Shown piece by piece: positions 19,967-29,061 of a stretch of 64,000 nt of DNA. Origin of the DNA: Myxococcota bacterium (GTDB lineage Bacteria > Myxococcota_A > Polyangia > Polyangiales > Houyiibacteriaceae); contig JBCCEA010000003.1 of NCBI GenBank assembly GCA_039030515.1, positions 32,001 through 96,000 of the forward strand, given 5' to 3'. The stretch's first letter is position 1. Each line of letters starts with the position of its first letter. The notes under the pieces are model-generated. The model did not search any database. It was not told the DNA's origin and saw only the letters and a program-made list of their open reading frames with translations. The translations under genes and the position numbers were made by a program.

Positions 19967-20836
19967 GTGACTTCGAAGGTTTGGATCGATGGAGCACCCT
20001 GCGATCCGGAACATGCGAGAATCTCGGTTTTTGATCGCGGGTTTCTCTATGGCGACAGCGTGTTCGAAGTCTTGCGTACGTACGGCGGGGTGCCTTTTGC
20101 TTTGCAGGAACACCTAGACCGACTCGCGCGCTCGGCAGAGCAAATATGGATTCCGCTCCCGATGAGCTTAGACATGATTTCAAGGGAAGTGCATCGAACC
20201 CTTGAGGCGGCAGGTAACGAAGATTCATCGATTCGGGTGGTGGTGACCCGGGGCAGTGGACCGATGAGCTTGGACCTCTCAACGGCACGCGATCCGCAAC
20301 TTGTGATCTTTGCTGCCGAAGTGGTTACACCAGCCGCCCAGACATATCGCAAGGGGGTTTCGGTTTTGACCGGGCGAGCATCCCGTCCGACTGACGATGC
20401 GCTTGCGGCTGGGGTCAAGGCTTCAAACTACCTCTCGAGCTTGCTTGCTGTGCACGCGGCGAAGCGGCAAGGAGCCTATGAAGTGGTTCTGCTCGGTCGG
20501 TCCGGCGAGGTTCTAGAAGGGGCTACGAGCAATATCTTTGCCTTCGCAGAGGGGTCGCTACACACCCCGCGAGTGGAGGCCGGAATCCTAGCAGGCATCA
20601 CCCGGGCCTGGATTCTCCGTTTGGCCGAGGCGATGGGGATACGGGTCGTACAAAGTCCCCTGTTTCCAAGAGATCTCTACGCTGCAGACGAGGTATTCCT
20701 CACAAGCAGCATTCGTGAAGTAGTTCCAGTGGTCGAGGTCGATGGGGTTCGTATCGCCTCAGGCGCCCCCGGTCCGATGACCCAACGCTTGCATCGAGCG
20801 TATCGCGATGAAATAAGCAGGCATTGTGAGTCTTGA
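19967..20836 (+). CDS. Class IV PLP aminotransferase (IlvE/Dat/PabC family)
   Basis: DRGFLYGDSVFE, EHLDRL, catalytic Lys in VKASNY, EGATSNIF, ILAGITR, ADEVFLTSS. Confidence 0.92.
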   Translation: MTSKVWIDGAPCDPEHARISVFDRGFLYGDSVFEVLRTYGGVPFALQEHLDRLARSAEQIWIPLPMSLDMISREVHRTLEAAGNEDSSIRVVVTRGSGPMSLDLSTARDPQLVIFAAEVVTPAAQTYRKGVSVLTGRASRPTDDALAAGVKASNYLSSLLAVHAAKRQGAYEVVLLGRSGEVLEGATSNIFAFAEGSLHTPRVEAGILAGITRAWILRLAEAMGIRVVQSPLFPRDLYAADEVFLTSSIREVVPVVEVDGVRIASGAPGPMTQRLHRAYRDEISRHCES

Positions 20837-20883
20837 CCGATGGCCTTTGCCGGTCTAAGTCTCCGCTCCGACCAGAGAAGAAG

Positions 20884-21072
20884 ATGCCTTCCGATACTCA
20901 GAAAACCCGAAAACGCCGACTCGCGAAATCTCGTAAGATGGGCCGAGCCCGCAAACGCAACTTGGCCCAAAAGGGAACGACTCCAGCGTTTCCACTAATC
21001 CCCGATGGTTGGGTCGAGCCTAGCGCCGCCGAGCAAGTGGAAGCTGGCCAGTCTACCAGTCACTCTGAGTAA
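20884..21072 (+). CDS. Small basic hypothetical protein
   Basis: MPSDTQKTRKRRLAKSRKMGRARKR...; purine-rich sequence (GAGAAGAAG) before the ATG; fills the gap between two genes. Confidence 0.6.
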   Translation: MPSDTQKTRKRRLAKSRKMGRARKRNLAQKGTTPAFPLIPDGWVEPSAAEQVEAGQSTSHSE

Positions 21073-21113
21073 ATTGGAAAGCCTACACGAATCGATAGCG
21101 ATTCCGACCCGCG

Positions 21114-21974
21114 TTAGTTCGCTCCGGCCTCGAAACGCAACATCGGTTCTGAAGATCCATCACTCCGGCTCAATCGCACTGCGAGTGCAATGACGCCAGC
21201 GGCCGCAACCGCGCTACCCGCCAAATAAGGCCAAGCACGTCTCAGCCAGGTCCTTGTTGAGCCGCGCGTATTCGTTTTGTCTTTGGTATCCAGTTGTACG
21301 CCCTGTGGTCCTGTTTCAATTTGAGATCCGTGGATTCCGCTTTGCGGCATGCGTACGGATTCCAGGCTCCCCGAACGAGAACGAGTCGGCTGGACCCGGG
21401 ATCCATCAGACAAAATGCGTGCCTCGAGAAATCTTAGCAGTCTGGCAGGGTCAGCATCTGCCGGTGCGGAACGTCGGTAAAACGTGCGACTTTGAGCGTC
21501 GAACACCGAGATCTTGGGTACCTGGTCGATACGCCGCACGACGATCATCACGAATGCCCCAAGAAAATCAGCGATTTCTGACAGCAATTCGAGGTCTCGA
21601 GTTTCGTTCCAGCCTAGTGCCATGCGGCGGGAGTATAGGGGTTCGAGCCCGTGGTTGACGTCTGAGGGCTGCTGGCCGCATAAAATCTGGCGGGTGCTGC
21701 TTTGGCTTGGGAGCACCACATCTGGGGTGCCCTCGAGGAGGGTGTAGAGGTTTGAGCAGGTCTCCTCGACTACCGCATCCGCATCGCCGAGCAGGACCAC
21801 CCCCACTTTCCGAAAGCTGAGTTGAGCGTCGCTATCCGAGTCTTCGCCCTGCGCGTACGCGATCGAAACAGCTTGGGCGGAAAGCAGGCTTAGCAGTGCC
21901 ACGATACGAAGCGTCAGGCATCCAGCGCCTCCGCCCTGCAGGGAGGGGTAGGAGCGGTCAGGCCATTCGTTCAT
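21114..21974 (-). CDS. Hypothetical exported protein with a C-terminal membrane anchor
   Basis: Signal-like IVALLSLLSAQAVSIAYA and C-terminal WLRRAWPYLAGSAVAAAGVIALAV; start overlaps the truA end. Confidence 0.65.
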   Translation of the reverse strand: MNEWPDRSYPSLQGGGAGCLTLRIVALLSLLSAQAVSIAYAQGEDSDSDAQLSFRKVGVVLLGDADAVVEETCSNLYTLLEGTPDVVLPSQSSTRQILCGQQPSDVNHGLEPLYSRRMALGWNETRDLELLSEIADFLGAFVMIVVRRIDQVPKISVFDAQSRTFYRRSAPADADPARLLRFLEARILSDGSRVQPTRSRSGSLESVRMPQSGIHGSQIETGPQGVQLDTKDKTNTRGSTRTWLRRAWPYLAGSAVAAAGVIALAVRLSRSDGSSEPMLRFEAGAN

Positions 21975-22824
21975 TGTGGTGCTGTTCTTGAGAGAGCCTC
22001 TGAGCAATACGGCCCAGATGGACTTGAATCAGGGTTAGGCCACGGGCGGGCGCTGTTTGACCTGCGTCGGCGCGGCAGGCTCCTGGACTCACAAGTTTCG
22101 GCACGTGATCCACCGGGAGAAAGCCTCGACCTACATCGACTAAAGTACCCGTGAGAATTCGGACCATATTCTTAAGAAACGAATCGCCTCGAACTTCGAT
22201 TTCCACTGCACTCGCCTCGTGGGATGCTTCCGAGGTTGCGATGCGGACCCAGTCTACGGTGCGCGTAGTCTGGTCGCGATAGTCGTTGCTCGCTTGAAAC
22301 GCTCGGTAGTCGTGGGTCCCGGTCAGCATGTTGGCGGCGCGTCGCATTGCATCGACATCCAGCCAGTCGTTCAGCTCGTGTCGACCACCCGGACGGTCCC
22401 TGCGCGCATTTGCTGGCCCGATATGCCACGTAACGTGGCGCATCAACGGGTCGGCCGTCTCACCGACCCGGAGTACGTAGCGATACGTTTTGGCAGTCGA
22501 GTCTCGGCGAGGATCGTACGTCGGATCGCAAGCGGTGGCGTCCACGATCGAGATATCGCTCGGAAGTCGGCTATTGAGCCCCCGTTTCCAGCCTTTGGGG
22601 TCGATCGATCGCGTTGTTGAAAAGGATACACACTGTCCCAGGGCGTGTACTCCCGCGTCGGTGCGACTGGCTCCGCGAACGACGCTTACCTTCCCTCCCA
22701 TCGATCCGACCGCGTCCTGCAGTGTTCCCTGAACCGTCCGTTGTTCGGGTTGGCACTGCCAGCCGGCAAATGCAGTCCCGTCGTAGGCGACGATCATTCG
22801 GATTCCGTAGGTTGCATTCATCAC
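21958..22824 (-). CDS. truA: tRNA pseudouridine(38-40) synthase
   Basis: AYDGTAFAGWQ, SRTDAGVHA, GTHDYRAF, FLKNMVRI, TAPARGL. Confidence 0.95.
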   Translation of the reverse strand: MMNATYGIRMIVAYDGTAFAGWQCQPEQRTVQGTLQDAVGSMGGKVSVVRGASRTDAGVHALGQCVSFSTTRSIDPKGWKRGLNSRLPSDISIVDATACDPTYDPRRDSTAKTYRYVLRVGETADPLMRHVTWHIGPANARRDRPGGRHELNDWLDVDAMRRAANMLTGTHDYRAFQASNDYRDQTTRTVDWVRIATSEASHEASAVEIEVRGDSFLKNMVRILTGTLVDVGRGFLPVDHVPKLVSPGACRADAGQTAPARGLTLIQVHLGRIAQRLSQEQHHNERMA

Positions 22825-22945
22825 TGGGAGCGCGAATCGTGCGACCGATCTCAGTGTTGAGCCAGGTATTTCGATCTGAAAGAGTAGGGGGCGAACAAAT
22901 GGAGCATCCGGATCAAGCTACCTCTTCAGAGGATCAGTACCAGTG

Positions 22946-23713
22946 TCAAATGACCAGTGCCAACCCTCCGGTGAATGCGAGGCGGTCGCCCAGAGGTAGG
23001 TTGGTGGAAGCTGTGGAGCCAAAGATTTCAAAATAGAAATAGGTGTGGTTAATACCCCATTCCGTATCCAATCGGCGCACGCTGCTCGGGTCGATAAAGT
23101 CGAGCTCGAGCGCCAACTGAAGTGCCCACCGCAAGCCGATACTCGTGCCAGATTCGACGGATTCCGCTCCAGTCTTCGAGAACCAGGGGATGAAGTCCGC
23201 GCCGAGCTTGCCGGTGAGCACCAACGGAACATTCAGCTCGCGCGCCAGCACATCGATGCGTACAAGTCCGACTGTACTGATCGGGACCAGATCAAAGCGA
23301 GATCGCTCACTGGTTCGATTGCCGGAGTTGTCGAGCGCTCTGCCCTTATAGCGCGCCCAGTTGATGCCGACGCCGACACCGAGGTGGCCTAGATAGGGAA
23401 TACGATAGATTAGGCCGTCTATTTCAAGGTGAATTGCAGGCCCTCGATCTCCGTCGAATATGTCGTCGAAGGCTTGCTCGATTTGACCATTGACGTCGGG
23501 TTTGTAGACCCCGGCTCCGAGCTCCAACACGATGTTTTCTCGCGATTCGACACTGCTTTTTCGAGGAGGTGGTTCCAAGGATTCAAATTGAGCAGCAGCC
23601 GGTCCTGCGTAAATCGCAACGATCAGGGATGCAAGTGTAGTCCCTATGCGGATCGTTCGGGATGCCATGGTCGGTGGACCTGTCTCGGACTTATTCGGCT
23701 TAAGCATGGGCAT
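22946..23713 (-). CDS. Outer-membrane beta-barrel protein (MXAN_2562-like)
   Basis: Signal peptide ending PAAAQ, alternating amphipathic strands, LDFIDP...DTEWGINHTY motif; lies next to a MYXO-CTERM-type protein. Confidence 0.75.
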   Translation of the reverse strand: MPMLKPNKSETGPPTMASRTIRIGTTLASLIVAIYAGPAAAQFESLEPPPRKSSVESRENIVLELGAGVYKPDVNGQIEQAFDDIFDGDRGPAIHLEIDGLIYRIPYLGHLGVGVGINWARYKGRALDNSGNRTSERSRFDLVPISTVGLVRIDVLARELNVPLVLTGKLGADFIPWFSKTGAESVESGTSIGLRWALQLALELDFIDPSSVRRLDTEWGINHTYFYFEIFGSTASTNLPLGDRLAFTGGLALVI

Positions 23714-23736
23714 GTACTTCCGTCGCGGAGTGCGAT

Positions 23737-24897
23737 TTAGCGTTTATTCCGATGCGTTTTTCGCCGCGTAAACCCAAGTAACAAGAGGGCGCAGGCGACC
23801 CAAAGCACGTCTGACCCGCATTGTCCACGTTGGCAGGCAGGCGTGGAGGATGTAGCGCAGCCGCTCGGGCATCCACGTTCGGGATCGTACGCTTCACAAA
23901 AGCCGGTGGTAGAAATCTGCTGGACACACAAGGCCTCCACCTCGCTGCGGTTGAACCCGTCGTCCACCGCAAGCACCGTCATCGAATAGTAGAATACTTC
24001 ATCGTCTTCGATCTCGGTGGTCGTATTTAGAGTGAGTCGCGTCGCGGTGTTGACCGCGCTGGAAGTGTCGGAAAAGCCAAGCGTCTCGTCGAGTGGTACG
24101 CCAGCAGTGGCTGCCGCCGCGATATCTGTGCTCTCACAGCTTTCTACACTGTTGCCGGCGAACTGCAGAAACCCTCTGTAGTCTCTCAGGTTGTCATCAT
24201 CGGTGGAGTTCCACGACGCAGAGATCTGGCTTTCGCCGCTCCCCCCGGAAAGGCCGGATATCGTCGGCAGATTGTTGTCGAGACCGATGGTGTACGTGCC
24301 GTAGTTTTCCCCGACATCGGCGGTGCTGGCGCTACTGCTCGTCGCAAGTATGGTGAGTACGATTTCGTTTTCTCCGCTGACGCAGAGTTCCTCCATCGTG
24401 TCTTCGCCGATGGTCGCTCCGTCTGGCCGATCGGATGACAGGCCGTTGTCCAGAAGCTCGTCGAGGCGAAAGGTGACTGACTGCGGGTTGTCGCTTGTAA
24501 TCGGTGTGGTTGCGTCGTCACCGGTAAGTAGCGGAATGCAGCTGCTGTTGGTTAAGTCGGAACGATCGTTTGCGTCATTGCAGGGTTCATCTCCGCGCCA
24601 AAAGTCGTACCCATCACTGGTGGACACATCACCGCTGCGGGTAATGCTCAGGGTTAGGGTGACTCCGGTCGGAGCGCCTCCGCCCTCTGCGAAGAGGCAT
24701 TCGGCTCTTCCAATCGGATTCGTGTCGAGCGTTAGCTGGATATTGCTGTCGCCCCGGTCTCGGGAGATTCCATCGTTCAAATCGGTGATCTCCTCCACCG
24801 TGATGGCGAGATTCTGAGCTGCTGCTGAATTCGTGATGAGACATAATGCTGCCGTCGCGAACGCCAGAGCAGATGGAGTCGCCGAGTTACGCTTCAT
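23737..24897 (-). CDS. Secreted acidic surface protein with a MYXO-CTERM-like sorting tail (MXAN_2561-like)
   Basis: Signal MKRNS...SAAAQ; Asp/Thr/Ser-rich body with an FN3-like segment; C-terminal GC...WVACALLLLGFTRRK. Confidence 0.75.
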   Translation of the reverse strand: MKRNSATPSALAFATAALCLITNSAAAQNLAITVEEITDLNDGISRDRGDSNIQLTLDTNPIGRAECLFAEGGGAPTGVTLTLSITRSGDVSTSDGYDFWRGDEPCNDANDRSDLTNSSCIPLLTGDDATTPITSDNPQSVTFRLDELLDNGLSSDRPDGATIGEDTMEELCVSGENEIVLTILATSSSASTADVGENYGTYTIGLDNNLPTISGLSGGSGESQISASWNSTDDDNLRDYRGFLQFAGNSVESCESTDIAAAATAGVPLDETLGFSDTSSAVNTATRLTLNTTTEIEDDEVFYYSMTVLAVDDGFNRSEVEALCVQQISTTGFCEAYDPERGCPSGCATSSTPACQRGQCGSDVLWVACALLLLGFTRRKTHRNKR

Positions 24898-25103
24898 TCC
24901 CGCGTTCTCTAGCAAATGACGGTCCGTCCACTGCATCGCCTGCAGAACTAGCGGAATCGCTGTCGTGAGTCTACCCAAGTCGGCCCCTCCATCTCGTCTC
25001 CTCTGACACAATGGCGATTTGGGCGTTCAGCAGCCGGGTTCGATCGACAAACCGTCAACGGCTTTGCTCGCGTTCCGAGTCGGTGGCCCACAGCGGGCAG
25101 GGT

Positions 25104-26108
25104 CTACACCATCGCTTCCGCGATTTGTACCGCGTTTAGAGCGGCTCCCTTGCGCAGATTGTCGGCTACCACCCACAGGAGCAATCCAGACGGGTTGCCT
25201 AGATCTGCGCGCAGCCGGCCAACGTAGACCTCGTCGCGCCCAATCACATCGAGAGGAGTTGGATAATTCCCGCCTTCGAAATCTTCCACGAAGCGAACCC
25301 CCGGAGCGTTTCGAAGCAGCTCCTGGGCGCGCTCTAGGGAAATGTGCTCGGTAGTCTCGATCGCGATCGACTCAGCGTGCCCGCACTCGACCGGGACGCG
25401 CACGCAGGTCGGAGAAACGGCGATTTCGGGATCATCCAAGATCTTGCGCGTCTCGTGCACCATCTTAAGCTCTTCTTCTTGGTAACCGGAAGCCGTATCG
25501 ACCGCCCAGTGCATCAAAAGCGAACCGGCGAGCTGCCCTTTGAGCGACGACGTCTCGACTGCCTCATTCCGAAGCAGGTCCTGCTGCTGCTGCTTAAACG
25601 CTTCGACCGCGCGCGCGCCGGAACCGCTTATCGCTTGATAGGTCGATACGATGATGCGGCGCACACGGCTCTCGCGATGTAGCGGAGCTAGTGCGACCAA
25701 CATTTGAATCGTAGAGCAGTTCGGGTTCGCGATGATCCCCTTCGGGCGTCGTCGCGTCGCTTCGAGATTGATTTCGGGAATACAGAGCGGCACATCTGGA
25801 TCCATTCGGAACGCAGACGAGTTGTCGATCACGGTGGCGCCCTTAGAGGCCGCTACCGGAGACCATCGCTGAGAGGTGCTGCTCCCTGCGGAAAACAGTG
25901 CGATATCGACGTCTTCGAACACGTTGGGTGCAATCGGCAAGACTTCTTGCTCGACTCCCCTGAAGCGAACTTTCTGACCTGCGCTTCGAATCGAAGCGAC
26001 CGGCACCAAGCTGCTCAGTCGGAACTCACGTTGCTCCAGTACCCGAAGCATTTCACGACCCACCACGCCCGTTACGCCGACGACCGCAACTTTTGGAGCT
26101 TCTGCCAT
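25104..26108 (-). CDS. asd: Aspartate-semialdehyde dehydrogenase
   Basis: VAVVGVTGVVG, IDNSSAFRM, IIANPNCST, TCVRVPV...H, DNLRKGAALNAVQIAE. Confidence 0.96.
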   Translation of the reverse strand: MAEAPKVAVVGVTGVVGREMLRVLEQREFRLSSLVPVASIRSAGQKVRFRGVEQEVLPIAPNVFEDVDIALFSAGSSTSQRWSPVAASKGATVIDNSSAFRMDPDVPLCIPEINLEATRRRPKGIIANPNCSTIQMLVALAPLHRESRVRRIIVSTYQAISGSGARAVEAFKQQQQDLLRNEAVETSSLKGQLAGSLLMHWAVDTASGYQEEELKMVHETRKILDDPEIAVSPTCVRVPVECGHAESIAIETTEHISLERAQELLRNAPGVRFVEDFEGGNYPTPLDVIGRDEVYVGRLRADLGNPSGLLLWVVADNLRKGAALNAVQIAEAMV

Positions 26109-26206
26109 CGCGAGGTTATGGCTTGGCTCGACCAGGTCCACAAGCGACCGTTGCCGGTTGGTCGACGTTCAGGGTAGCACCTTGGTCTTTGCGAAAGGAG
26201 ATGGAT

Positions 26207-26632
26207 ATGCTGGCTGTGCCGGTTGCTGCAGCGGTGATTCGACGGGACGACAATACAGTGCTCTTGACCCAGCGACAGGAGGGAACACATCTCGCCGGCC
26301 GATGGGAGTTTCCTGGCGGTAAGCTGGAGTCTGGGGAATCTCCGGAGGATGCCTTGGTTCGCGAATGTCGAGAGGAGTGCGGGATCGAGGTGGCTGTGGG
26401 TGATATCGTAGATGTGACCTACCATCGTTTCCCCGAGATCGACGTTCTGCTGCTGTTTTACGATTGCCGACTTCTGTCTGGAGCGGTGAAACATGTACAG
26501 GTGGCCGACCACGCCTGGGTGGATGCAGAAGGGCTCGCTGGATATACGTTCCCCCCCTCGGACCTTCGGGTGGTGGAGAAGGTCCGTGCAATGCTCCGAG
26601 CCGGCGCGCCTTGCGCTCTAGCCGTTTCATGA
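26207..26632 (+). CDS. NUDIX hydrolase (MutT/NudG family)
   Basis: WEFPGGKLESGESPEDALVRECREECG Nudix box; AAGGAG RBS at 26195-26200. Confidence 0.92.
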   Translation: MLAVPVAAAVIRRDDNTVLLTQRQEGTHLAGRWEFPGGKLESGESPEDALVRECREECGIEVAVGDIVDVTYHRFPEIDVLLLFYDCRLLSGAVKHVQVADHAWVDAEGLAGYTFPPSDLRVVEKVRAMLRAGAPCALAVS

Positions 26633-26650
26633 AAAAGCAACGTCTCGTCC

Positions 26651-26679
26651 TTGACGTTGTAACCGCTGACGGCTATTCT
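26651..26679 (+). promoter_or_regulatory. Sigma70 promoter of the tRNA-Gln/tRNA-Glu pair
   Basis: TTGACG, 17 nt, TATTCT, followed by GC-rich sequence. Confidence 0.65.
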
Positions 26680-26724
26680 CTCGCCGCCGGCAAGCCGGAT
26701 CCCAGGAAGCTCAAGGTTCCTCAT

Positions 26725-26795
26725 TCGGGGATCGTCTAACGGTAGGACACGAGATTCTGGTTCTCGTTATCAAGGTTCGAATCCTTGTCCCCGAG
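26725..26795 (+). tRNA. tRNA-Gln(CTG), CCA not encoded
   Basis: Acceptor TCGGGGA/TCCCCGA; anticodon arm CGAGA-TTCTGGT-TCTCG; T arm GGTTCGAATCC. Confidence 0.95.
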
Positions 26796-26938
26796 CCGCC
26801 GATGGTCTTAATCCATCATGCTTTTTGATAAGTCCTATTTTGAATAAGCCATCGCTTCTCGGGAAATCCATTTGCCGGTAGAAACGCGCTTGAAGCGATC
26901 CTTTTGATTTAGTTCCGAGGGGAGCAAGAAATCCAAAA

Positions 26939-27013
26939 GGCCCCATCGTCTAGTGGTTAGGACATCGGCCTCTCACGCCGGTAACGCGGGTTCGAGTCCC
27001 GCTGGGGTCACCA
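26939..27013 (+). tRNA. tRNA-Glu(CTC)
   Basis: Acceptor GGCCCCA/TGGGGTC; anticodon loop CTCTCAC; GGTTCGAGTCCC; encoded CCA. Confidence 0.96.
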
Positions 27014-27241
27014 GACATTCCCTTGGGCAGTGCCCAACGCCTTCGTAGTAGCTCAGATTTATCCCAGAGTTTTAGAGCTGAAGTGGGCTTAGATCACGCG
27101 GAGCGATCTCAAGTCTAGTCCCTGCTCCAGGCTATTTCAGCGAACGCTTGGCCTACGGCGGCTCTATCATCAGATGTCGGGATCATCAGATGTCGCGCTA
27201 GTTCCCCGACTCAGTCGAGCTAGCTCTCAAACTCAATCGAA

Positions 27242-27898
27242 CTAGCTCTCCGACCCAGACGTATCGTTAGACGCAGACGTATCGTTAGACTCAGATGCAT
27301 TGCTCGAGTGGGTCTCACCCTCAGCGGGCAGTTTGTCCGAACTCGAAGCACCTTGTGATGTGGCCTCCAGCGCGTGTCGGCGCTGATCGAAGTCGGTCTT
27401 GACGCGCTTGAAGGTTTCGATTCCCGCCGCGGTCAGTTCGAGGGCGCCTGCTTCGAGTAATAAATCATGCAGTTTCTTTGGCTCACTTGACCAACCTGGG
27501 GGCACTTCAAACTTCACGTTGAGCGGTACGCCCCCAAGCATTCCCTGTTCCTCAAGCGCCCAAAGAGCCTCGGCAGCCAGGAACTGACCTGCCACCCGAC
27601 GAACCTCAGAATCAAGATGGCTAGCGAGAGGAAACAGGTCGTAAAGACCGATCACCGTAGGCGCAACTCCGAGATGTTTTCGCAGTGCCCCAAAGGGAGC
27701 TGGGCCGATCGGCAGCTCCACAAGACTGAGGCCCGCGATCGATTCAGACGCAACGGATTTTCGTGCCTCTTCAAGTGCGTCGGCATGACTCATCGTAGCC
27801 GTCGCCGCTCGTGCGCCCGAGTCCAAGACGACGGTTAACACGAGAAAGGGAAGGTCGGTCGCGACAGGTTCGGCGCGCTGCTCCGCAGATTCAGTCAT
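27242..27898 (-). CDS. Hypothetical protein with a Ser-rich tail
   Basis: 218-aa ORF with protein-like composition, divergent from the macro-domain gene; the tail contains an 18-bp tandem repeat (SNDTSA). Confidence 0.7.
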   Translation of the reverse strand: MTESAEQRAEPVATDLPFLVLTVVLDSGARAATATMSHADALEEARKSVASESIAGLSLVELPIGPAPFGALRKHLGVAPTVIGLYDLFPLASHLDSEVRRVAGQFLAAEALWALEEQGMLGGVPLNVKFEVPPGWSSEPKKLHDLLLEAGALELTAAGIETFKRVKTDFDQRRHALEATSQGASSSDKLPAEGETHSSNASESNDTSASNDTSGSES

Positions 27899-28002
27899 GG
27901 CGGTCGCAACATTGAACGATCTCGGACCAACTGCAAGTGATGAAAGCGATTCGTGATTCCTTCATTTCTCAACCGCCGAAGGCGTGCTAAGAGCTCGGTC
28001 TC

Positions 28003-28863
28003 ATGGAGGTACAGCTTGTTCGCTCGTCGGTTTTTGATCTCCCGTCGAAACAGCGCGTTGGCGCGATCGTTCATGACGGAGCAGCCGACCTTCGCATTTG
28101 GCCCGGACCTGGATCCGACCGAGACTTAAACGAAGTCTGGGGCGGTGAGCTCCAGGAAGCGCTCGACACCGAGCGCACAAAGATGGGAGTTGAAGTCCTG
28201 GAGGTTGGAGAGATAGCTCGAATCCACCCAGGAAGATTGCATTGCGATTTTTTGGCTTGGGTTGCGACTCGAGAGCCCGAGTCGGGTACGTCCCGCAACA
28301 GTGCTCCGGATGAGGACGCGCTCAGGCAAGCAGTACTCTCGGTGCTCAGCTATGTCGCGGAACGAAGTGTAGAACGGATCGCCTTTCCGGCTCTGGGTTC
28401 AGGTCCCTCTGAGGTCAGTCCCGAAGACCGTCTGGCGGTCATCGTTCGTGCGGCTCACGAGTACGAGGAAGCTTGCTATCGAGATGGCCGTCAACCGGTC
28501 GTAGAGGTGGTTCTCGTGTGCGAGCCGAGCGCGAGCGTCTTGAAGAAGGCGCAGCAACGGGTGGCAAAATTGGCGAAGAGCGTGGAGCCACCCAAGCGAA
28601 CTGCAGAAGAAAAGAAGACGACCCGAAAGCGTGCCACGTCGCGAAAAAAGGAGCCCGCCAAACCGGTGCTCGACCCCGCGGATGTAGAACAACATCGCAC
28701 GTCAGCCGCTGCGTACAGCATGCAGTCTTCTTACATCGCCGGTGACTGGATCCTTCATAGCAAGTTCGGGGTCGGCCGCGTAGAGGGCGTCGACGGACCC
28801 AATGCGATGACCGTGCTTTTCGAAGGGGGAGATACCCGGCGCATGGTACACGGGCGCGTCTAA
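28003..28863 (+). CDS. Macro-domain-like protein with a C-terminal Tudor-like (HxxFGxG) domain
   Basis: GRLHCDF and IAFPALGSG are macro-domain-like motifs; Lys-rich linker; GDWILHSKFGVGRV tail. Confidence 0.75.
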   Translation: MEVQLVRSSVFDLPSKQRVGAIVHDGAADLRIWPGPGSDRDLNEVWGGELQEALDTERTKMGVEVLEVGEIARIHPGRLHCDFLAWVATREPESGTSRNSAPDEDALRQAVLSVLSYVAERSVERIAFPALGSGPSEVSPEDRLAVIVRAAHEYEEACYRDGRQPVVEVVLVCEPSASVLKKAQQRVAKLAKSVEPPKRTAEEKKTTRKRATSRKKEPAKPVLDPADVEQHRTSAAAYSMQSSYIAGDWILHSKFGVGRVEGVDGPNAMTVLFEGGDTRRMVHGRV

Positions 28864-28938
28864 GAGGCGATGGGCAGGATGTTTGCCGCAGCTCCGGCCC
28901 ACGCAATCAAGCCCAGAGTCCAATGTCCTAGATTCAAC

Positions 28939-28958
28939 GCCGCGTCGTCTGACGCGGC
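28939..28958 (+). terminator. 8-bp GC-rich hairpin (possible terminator or processing stem)
   Basis: GCCGCGTC-GTCT-GACGCGGC; no clear U-tract. Confidence 0.35.
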
Positions 28959-29061
28959 ATATCAGGACCTATTCCTTCAGAGTGAGGCGCATCACGCCGC
29001 CACATCCAACTTCCCTTCTACGGTCTAAACAGCTCCACGGCTCAAGCACCCTGTATTGGTC

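Noticed and set aside
27069..27079. GTTTTAGAGCT, identical to the start of type II-A CRISPR repeats and the sgRNA scaffold
   Set aside because: A single 11-mer with no further copies, no spacers and no cas genes in the window; compatible with chance.
27039..27132. tRNA-like fragments (GCCTTCGTA-GTAGCTCAG...TAGAGC) after tRNA-Glu
   Set aside because: No cloverleaf and no GTTCGA T-loop can be built; too degenerate to call.
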